Shown piece after piece: positions 57,562-64,000 of a stretch of DNA of 64,000 nt. Numbering within the stretch: position 1 is the first letter of the stretch; each line of letters begins with the position of its first letter. Source of the stretch: Acidobacteriota bacterium (lineage in GTDB: Bacteria > Acidobacteriota > UBA890 > WLXD01); assembly GCA_965248695.1 (NCBI GenBank), contig CBDFKD010000002.1:2848001-2912000 (forward strand), in the 5' to 3' direction. The notes under the pieces are model-generated. The model was given only the letters and a program-made list of their open reading frames with translations, did no database searches and had not been told where the DNA came from. The translations under genes and the position numbers were made by a program.

Positions 57562-58752
57562 TTACGCCTCGGCCGCCAGCGGACCGGTAGGAATCGAGGT
57601 GTCGAGGCCGCGCGAGATCTTCTTCTCGGGGTCGTAATAGGGCAACTCGACGACCTCGGCGGCATGCTCACGCCCCTCATCGTCGTGCACCGTGACGGTG
57701 CGGCCGACCCAGTCGTAGGCCTCGTCGAAGCTCACGTAGCCGGTGCCGTGCTCGAGATAGGGTGACCAGGCGCTGGCCGTGATGAACCCGACGTCGCGGC
57801 CCTCGTGCAGAACCGAGCTGTTCCCCGCCGGGGCGCCGCCGGGGCACTTGATGCCGAGCAGGCGCGGCCGGCGGTCGGCGGCTTCGAGCGCCGCCTTGCC
57901 GATGAAGTCGTCCTTGCTCAGGTCGACGAACTTCCCGAGCCCGGCCTCGAACGGGTTCATTGTTGTGTCGAAGTCGCTACCGTTGTTGAGGATGCCAGCC
58001 TCGATCCGACGAATGCCCATCGAGTCGAGGCCGGTAGTGGTGATCTCGTGCGGCTCACCGGCCTCGAGGATGTGGTTCCACAGCGCCGGACCGTCGACGT
58101 CGGGGTCGCGCGTGTACACCTCCCAGCTCATCTCGCTCGTCCAGCCCGTGCGCGACAGGTACAGCGGCTGTCCGCCCATGGTGCACTCGGTGACCGCGAA
58201 GTAGGCGAAAGGATCCGGCGCGCCGCCGTCGCAGGCGGCGTCGAGAACCTCGAGCGAGCGTGGCCCGCCCACCTGCAGTACCCACGACTCCGGGTCGCTC
58301 ACGGTCACGTCCATGTCCATGCCGTGCGCGACCAACCAAGTGAAAATCTCGCCGTTGGCGAGCACGTACCAGAAACGGTCCTGCTCGATCCGCATCAGGA
58401 TGCCGTCCATGAGGATGCCGCCGTCGGGCTGACAGGCGATTCCGTAGCTGCAGCGGCCCGGTCGCAGCTTGCTGATGTCGCGCACGAACACGCGATTCAG
58501 CAGGCGCTCGGCGTCCGGCCCGGCGATCTCGATGGGGTGTTCCGGCACGTTGTAGAGCACGACCTTCTGGCGTAGGTGCCAGTACTTCTCCACCGGGTCG
58601 TCGCCCACGGACACGATCGCCATGCGGCCGCTGTACGGCCCGGCGTAGATCGTGTCGGGGCTGTTGTGGCACTCGAAGAACGGCGTCGGCGCGGCACCGT
58701 GGAAGGTCAGCGGAGCGGAGGCACGGGGCGGTCGGGGTCGGCGGCGGGGCAT
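57562..58752 (-). CDS. GcvT/DmdA-like tetrahydrofolate-dependent aminomethyltransferase
   Basis: GPDAERLL, GGILMDG, SRTGWTSE, RRIEAG, WSPYL, LPYYDPEK. Confidence 0.9.
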   Translation of the reverse strand: MPRRRPRPPRASAPLTFHGAAPTPFFECHNSPDTIYAGPYSGRMAIVSVGDDPVEKYWHLRQKVVLYNVPEHPIEIAGPDAERLLNRVFVRDISKLRPGRCSYGIACQPDGGILMDGILMRIEQDRFWYVLANGEIFTWLVAHGMDMDVTVSDPESWVLQVGGPRSLEVLDAACDGGAPDPFAYFAVTECTMGGQPLYLSRTGWTSEMSWEVYTRDPDVDGPALWNHILEAGEPHEITTTGLDSMGIRRIEAGILNNGSDFDTTMNPFEAGLGKFVDLSKDDFIGKAALEAADRRPRLLGIKCPGGAPAGNSSVLHEGRDVGFITASAWSPYLEHGTGYVSFDEAYDWVGRTVTVHDDEGREHAAEVVELPYYDPEKKISRGLDTSIPTGPLAAEA

Positions 58753-58886
58753 GGCAGTCTCCGGGATGCGAACGAAGATCAGCGGTGCGCGAGTGGGCGC
58801 ACACACTACATCGTCTCGGGCCCACGGTCACAGGGCTCTGTGGCACACTGCCACGGCCTGGCTCAGCGTCTGCCCGCGGGAGCGCG

Positions 58887-60345
58887 ATGTCCGAAAGCCG
58901 CGACGGTGTCCTTCAGCAGCCGAGGCAGGTTTCCGCGCTGGCGCACGTGCACGCCTGGCACATCGGCGGCTACGCCGGAGTGATCGGCCACCTGGTGCTG
59001 ATGACCTGACCCCGCGGTTAGTACCATGTCTTATCTCAGTAACTCGGTGCTGACAAGAGGTTGTTGAGGCCGGCGAAGCGGAGCGCAGCCGGCTTCAACA
59101 ACGTCGCTTCGGGTGCGGGCGGTCATCCTCGAAGCGGACGTGCCGATCGCTCGCCTGGCGCTCGACGAGGGGGCCTCCCAGCGGCTCTCCGAGGCAACGG
59201 CCGCGCGCGCCGACGGCGACGCCGAGGCAGCGGCCCTGCTGAGCACCGTCACCGGCACCTACAGGGCCATGACCGCGGGGTTCTACCTGACGCTGCTGGC
59301 CCTGGCCTTCGGGTACGCACTGGACGCCCCCACCCTGTATGCGATGGTCGGTCGGGTCTACGACCGCGTGGGTGGCAACCGCGCCGCGGGCTACACCCTG
59401 ATGTTCATGGCGGGGATGCTCGGGTTCTTCCTCGGCGGCATGCTGTCGGGATCGGTCGCCACGAACCTGGGCTGGCGCGAGGCCCTGGCGGTCTCGGGCG
59501 CGATGTGCGTGGTGGCCGCAGTGGTACTCATGCGCGCCCGCATTCCCTCGTCGCGCGGCAGCAGGACCGACGCTGCTGAGGGACAAACGACACAGGGGGC
59601 CGTCGAGGCCTCGAGCACCCAACCGCAGGCCGGGCTGATGGCCCTGATGTCGCTGAGCCGCCCGGAGCGGCGTCGCGTCGGCGCCATCGGCGCGCTCGCT
59701 CTCGCCTACATGGTGTTCGTCGCCGCGTTCGAGCAGTGGGGCGGCACCTTCAGCCTCTACGTGCAAAGCACGAGCGACCGCACCCTCGGGGGATTCGAGG
59801 TGCCGACCCTGTGGATCCACTCAGCCCAGGCGCTGTTCGTGGTCATCATCGGCCCGATCAACCTCTGGTTTTGGGCCTTCCTCGAACGCCGCGGCCGCCC
59901 TCTCGTGCCGCCGACGAAGATGGCGATCGGCCTGTTCGTGACCTCGATGTCGTTCCTCGTCATGTGCATCACCTTCACGGAAGTGGGCGCCATGGGCGCC
60001 GACCCGGGCAAGACGCACCTCTTCTGGCCGCTGGCCTTCTACTGGGTGGTCACCTTCGGCCAGTGTGCGCTGTTGCCCATCGGCCAGGCGTTCGTCAGCC
60101 GCGCAGCACCGAGGCGCCTGCTGAGCACGTGCATGGGCGTTTGGGGGGCGATCGCCGCCGTCGGCGCCTGGCTGTCGGGGCAGATCGGAGCCCTGGTGCC
60201 CTCGTACGGGATCAACAGCGTCTACCTGGGCATTGCCGTCGGTACAGCCGTGGCCGGCGTCGCCATGCTGGCCGCAGGCCGCTCCCTGATGGGCCTGCTC
60301 CACACGCCGGAGTGGCCGCCGGCCGAGGCGACGTCCGACGCGTAG
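58887..60345 (+). pseudogene. POT/PTR-family (DtpA-like) MFS transporter split by an IS3 remnant
   Basis: The N-terminus MSESRDGVLQQP...W..GY.G..LVL (58887..59001) is cut by the IS end. The remainder from about 59125 has FY..L...P...MVG.VY, FEQ.G, KMAIG and P.G..FVS..AP. Confidence 0.75.
59002..59124 (-). mobile_element. IS3-family right-end remnant with 15-bp-stem hairpin
   Basis: Collinear with 47451..47573; GTTGTTGAGGCCGGC-13 nt-GCCGGCTTCAACAAC. Confidence 0.85.
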
Positions 60346-60414
60346 GCCACTTTCAACACATGCATGGCCTCTCCGCGCGAGCACGGTGGAGCGGCGTAGC
60401 CGAGGAAAACGACA

Positions 60415-62412
60415 ATGCAGCGAAGACGAATTGCCGCCATCCACCTGTGCCTGCTGTTGGTCACGAGCAGCGCGTTCGGTGAGGTGGTCGGAGTAGAGGT
60501 AATCGAGGTCGAATCGCCGACCTTCGATGGGCGGACGTTCGGCGAGGTCGGCCCCTACGAAAAGGTCACCCTGCGCGTCACGATGGCCGTGGACCCGGAG
60601 GATCTACACAACGCCGAGATCGTGGATCTGGGTTTGGCACCCCGAGATGCCGCCGGAAGAGTGCGATTCTCCACCACCGTCGTCGTCGTCAAACCGATCG
60701 ATATGGAACGGGGAAACGGGCGCGTCTTTTATGAGGTGGTCAATCGCGGCAACAGGTATGGGCTCGACTTGTTCAACGACGCGCCGTGGACCAACGACCC
60801 CTCCGCGGCACGACACGCCGGCAACGGCTTCCTGATGCGTGAGGGCTACACGCTTGTCTGGTCCGGCTGGCAACACGACGCTCCACCCGGGCAAGCGCGT
60901 CTGTTCCTCGAGTCGCCAACGGTACCCGGTATCGAGGGCGTCAGTCGCGAGGAGTTCATCTTCAATCATGATAGGAACCCCACCGTCGCGTCGCTGACCT
61001 ATCCGGCGGCCAGCCTCGATCCGGCCGCTGCACGACTCACGGTGCGTCAGTTCGCCCACGACGTTCGGCAAACGCCGCCGGGCCTGTCGTTCCGTTACCG
61101 GCCGATGACCCGTGGTGGAACGTATTTCACCAGCGCCGACGAGATTCTTATCGAGCGCCCGGAGGGCTTCGACGCCGGCGCGATCTACGAGCTCATCTAC
61201 ACGGCGCGCGATTCCGTCGTTGCCGGCCTGGCGTTCGCGTCGGTGCGGGACGTCGTGTCGTTCCTCCGGTACGACGCCGGAGACGGCGAGGGCCACACGA
61301 ACCCACTGGCTCCAGGCGGCGTGCCGGCAATCGAGCGCGCGTACGCGCTCGGGATCTCGCAGAGCGGCCGTTTCGTCAGGGACATGCTGTACCAGGGGTT
61401 CAATGAAGATGAGCGCGGTCGTGTGGTCTTCGACGGCATCATCCCGGACGTGGCGGGTGCGCGGCGGACGTTCATCAACGAGCGCTTCGCCCAGCCGGGT
61501 CGCTTCTCCCGTCAGCACGAATCGCACCTGCAACCCGGTGATCAATTCCCGTTCACCTATGGAGTCCTAACAGATACGTACACGGGCAAGCGCGACGGCG
61601 TCCTGGCGCGCTGTGAGGCTGCCGGAAACTGTCCGAAGGTGATGCACGTCGATGCTTCTACGGAGTTCTTCCAGGCCCGCTCGTCGCTGATCGTGACCGA
61701 CACCGAAGGAAGCCCGATCGAGCTACCCGACAACGTGCGCGCCTACCTGATCTCGAGCACGCCGCACTCTGTTTTCTTCGAATCCGAACCGGAGCCGAGG
61801 CGCACTTGCGAGCATCTGAGCAACCCGCTGCATCGTGGCGGGCCGGCTCGCGCCTTGCTGGTTGCGCTCGATCAGTGGGTCAGCAGAGGGGTGCCACCCC
61901 CGGCTAGCCGCTACCCGTCGCTGACTGATGGCACTTTGGTCCCGCCGGGCGAGGTTGCCCTCGGGTACACACGAATCAGCAGCGACTACGACGGCCAGGT
62001 CAATCAGGTGCACTTGGTCGACTACGAGACGCAGCCCCCGACGGAGGGCGAGCCGTACCCGATCTTCGTGCCGGCTGTCGATGACGACGGCAACGATGTT
62101 GCGGGAATCCGCATGCCAGAGATCGAGGTGCCCAGGGCCACGTACCTGGGCTGGAATCTCCGCAGCGAGGGATACGCCGAAGGCGCCCTCTGCGGTGTCA
62201 CCGGCTCCACGGTCCCGTTCGCGCGCACGAAAGCAGCGCGACTCGCGAGTGGCGATCCGAGGCCGTCGATCGAGGAACGATATCCGACCGCCCAGGCCTA
62301 CATCGACGCTGTTACCGAGGCAGCACGCCGCCTCGTAGACGAGCGGCTACTTCTGGAAGAGGACATGAAGCGGTACGTGGAGCGTGCGAGATCTACGGTC
62401 ATCGCGCACTGA
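60415..62412 (+). CDS. Secreted alpha/beta-hydrolase-domain protein (Abhydrolase_10-like)
   Basis: Signal peptide, FGEVGPYE, YEVVNRG, WSGWQ, GISQSG nucleophile elbow, VDDDGN, DPRPSIEERY. Confidence 0.85.
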   Translation: MQRRRIAAIHLCLLLVTSSAFGEVVGVEVIEVESPTFDGRTFGEVGPYEKVTLRVTMAVDPEDLHNAEIVDLGLAPRDAAGRVRFSTTVVVVKPIDMERGNGRVFYEVVNRGNRYGLDLFNDAPWTNDPSAARHAGNGFLMREGYTLVWSGWQHDAPPGQARLFLESPTVPGIEGVSREEFIFNHDRNPTVASLTYPAASLDPAAARLTVRQFAHDVRQTPPGLSFRYRPMTRGGTYFTSADEILIERPEGFDAGAIYELIYTARDSVVAGLAFASVRDVVSFLRYDAGDGEGHTNPLAPGGVPAIERAYALGISQSGRFVRDMLYQGFNEDERGRVVFDGIIPDVAGARRTFINERFAQPGRFSRQHESHLQPGDQFPFTYGVLTDTYTGKRDGVLARCEAAGNCPKVMHVDASTEFFQARSSLIVTDTEGSPIELPDNVRAYLISSTPHSVFFESEPEPRRTCEHLSNPLHRGGPARALLVALDQWVSRGVPPPASRYPSLTDGTLVPPGEVALGYTRISSDYDGQVNQVHLVDYETQPPTEGEPYPIFVPAVDDDGNDVAGIRMPEIEVPRATYLGWNLRSEGYAEGALCGVTGSTVPFARTKAARLASGDPRPSIEERYPTAQAYIDAVTEAARRLVDERLLLEEDMKRYVERARSTVIAH

Positions 62413-62467
62413 GGTCGCTCGACGGACTGACAGCAACGTCACTTCCAACTCGAACAGGAGGGTCGAT

Positions 62468-63775
62468 ATGAACGTGAGTCCATTGACTCGCCTCGGAGCG
62501 GCGCTACTGTTTGCCTCCGTCATCAACTGCGCGTCCCAGCCGGACCCAGTTCCGCCGGCTGACATTCTCATTGCCAACGCGCGGATCTGGGACGGCACCG
62601 GGGCAACGATCGGAAACGGTTCGGTGCTGATCACCGGTAGACGAATCACGTCGGTCACGCCGGGCGCGTCGAGCATCGCCGCCGCGGTCGAGATCGACGC
62701 CAGCGGGATGACCGTGCTTCCGGGGCTGATCGACACCCACCGTCACCTTCTCGCAACGCTGATGATGGACGCGAGGTTCGCGTCGTCTCCGGGTCCGGCC
62801 TTGGAGAACTGGCTCGAGAACGACCTTGCCGGTGCGCTGATCGCCTACCTCGAGGCCGGATTCACCTCGATTCTGTCGAACGGTGACTTCGTCCCCGAGA
62901 TACTCGACGTTCGGCAGCGCCTCGCGGACGGTGTACTCGTCGGCCCAAGGCTGCTCACGGCGGGGCCGGTGTTCACTGTTCCCGGCGGGCATCCAGCGAC
63001 AACGATCTGTGGATCTGATCCCTGGTGTCGAGATCGGCTAGCGGTCGAGGTTGACAACGCCGCAACAGCGCGTACGAAGGTCAGGGAGCTGCGCGAAGCC
63101 GGCATCGATGTCGTGAAAGTCGTCAACGACGGCGATCTGGGCGTCAGCATGGGCCCGAAGCTCGACGACGCAGTGCTCGCTGCGATTCTCGACGAGGCAG
63201 CGGAACTGGGCCTACTCTCGATGGTGCACGCGAACGGCGTCGACGACATGCTCCAAGCCGTCCGCCTCGGCGTACGCAGGCTCGTACATGCTCCGACGAG
63301 AGCGAGCGTAAGAGGTGTCACCGAGCCGCTGCTGGAGGCCGCGGTCATGGTGGCGACGACCGCATCGACCCACGCCGCCGTCATCGACGACTCCGGAGTG
63401 GCACGCACACCCTACGGACGCCCCTATGCACCAAGGAACAGGGCGCTGCTCGAGCAAAGGCTGTCGAACGTGCGTCAGCTTTGGGACGATGGCGTGCTGG
63501 TGGCGTACGGCACCGACCTTCCCTGGGGACCGCGTGAGAGCCTGGAGCTGGAAACCAGAACGCTCGGCGCCGTGCTGTCGTCGGTCGAGATCCTGCAAGC
63601 GCTCACTCGCAACGCGGCGCTCTACCTGGACATGGGAGCGGAGCTCGGCACGCTCGCTGCGGGCAAGATAGCCGATATTCTTGTCGTCGACGGTGACCCG
63701 GTTGCCGATATTTCCGCCCTGGCGAACGTACGCTTCGTGATCGAAGACGGCGAGATCGTCGTCGACAATCGCTGA
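62468..63775 (+). CDS. Metal-dependent amidohydrolase (Amidohydro_1), putative lipoprotein
   Basis: AGGAGG RBS, VINC lipobox-like motif, PGLIDTHRH, VHA, YGTD, GKIADILVVDGDP. Confidence 0.9.
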   Translation: MNVSPLTRLGAALLFASVINCASQPDPVPPADILIANARIWDGTGATIGNGSVLITGRRITSVTPGASSIAAAVEIDASGMTVLPGLIDTHRHLLATLMMDARFASSPGPALENWLENDLAGALIAYLEAGFTSILSNGDFVPEILDVRQRLADGVLVGPRLLTAGPVFTVPGGHPATTICGSDPWCRDRLAVEVDNAATARTKVRELREAGIDVVKVVNDGDLGVSMGPKLDDAVLAAILDEAAELGLLSMVHANGVDDMLQAVRLGVRRLVHAPTRASVRGVTEPLLEAAVMVATTASTHAAVIDDSGVARTPYGRPYAPRNRALLEQRLSNVRQLWDDGVLVAYGTDLPWGPRESLELETRTLGAVLSSVEILQALTRNAALYLDMGAELGTLAAGKIADILVVDGDPVADISALANVRFVIEDGEIVVDNR

Positions 63776-63858
63776 ACGGTCGGCCGTTCGCTTCCGGCGT
63801 CGCGCGGTTGTCCAACTCGGCCCGGCCGTTACCCGCGGATTCGAGTCCCGCTGTGGAA

Positions 63859-64000
63859 CTACGACCGGTCCAGGTTCCAGACGTCGACCTGGACTTGCCA
63901 CTCGCGTCGTCGTCCCGGGTCCAGACGATGACGAACGGCCCGGTGATCGTGGAGACGTCGGCACCACGGACGACCTCGTACTCGAAGCTGCCAACCAGGT
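63859..64000 (-). pseudogene. 3' end of an NTF2-like/DUF4440 gene with a 1-bp frameshift (5' end outside the window)
   Basis: LVGSFEYEV...GPFVIVWTRDDD, then in the shifted frame EWQVQVDVWNLDRS*. Adding one G near 63905 restores DGEW. Confidence 0.6.

Noticed and set aside
55863-57680. 605-aa minus-strand ORF (likewise 41744..43159, 54821..55897 and 60604..61545)
   Set aside because: Antisense shadows of well-supported genes in high-GC DNA, with no recognisable motifs.
63835-63862. tRNA T-arm-like string GCGGATTCGAGTCCCGC (possible tRNA or att site)
   Set aside because: No D-arm, anticodon arm, acceptor pairing or CCA, no integrase nearby, and it abuts a gene stop codon.

Overview
GC-rich bacterial window in two parts. 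(1) About 1-47,300 is one large surface-glycan locus. It holds two tandem membrane-anchored sulfatase-fold genes, four glycosyltransferases, asnB, an ABC flippase, a WecA/MraY-type initiator and a broken PglF/CapD dehydratase. Its core operon is neuB-neuC-MTase-2-hydroxyacid dehydrogenase-ThDP enzyme-Gfo/Idh/MocA-neuA-sulfotransferase-[pyruvate kinase::ATP sulfurylase fusion]-deacetylase. It also carries an SGNH/carbamoyltransferase::methyltransferase/SxtJ/DUF5989 cassette and a kinase::methyltransferase fusion. (2) About 47,450-64,000 is an IS-scarred catabolic patchwork: an IS3 element with an internal 142-bp duplication, IS3 and IS6 end remnants, amidohydrolases, a sulfatase, an SpdH-like flavoprotein, a Rieske oxygenase, a GcvT-like protein and a split POT transporter. 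The best candidate for a new system is a sulfated or otherwise modified nonulosonic (sialic) acid pathway built around the divergent PK::Sat fusion, with no APS kinase in the window. No rRNA, tRNA or CRISPR array was seen. All calls come from motif reading by eye; no database searches were run.
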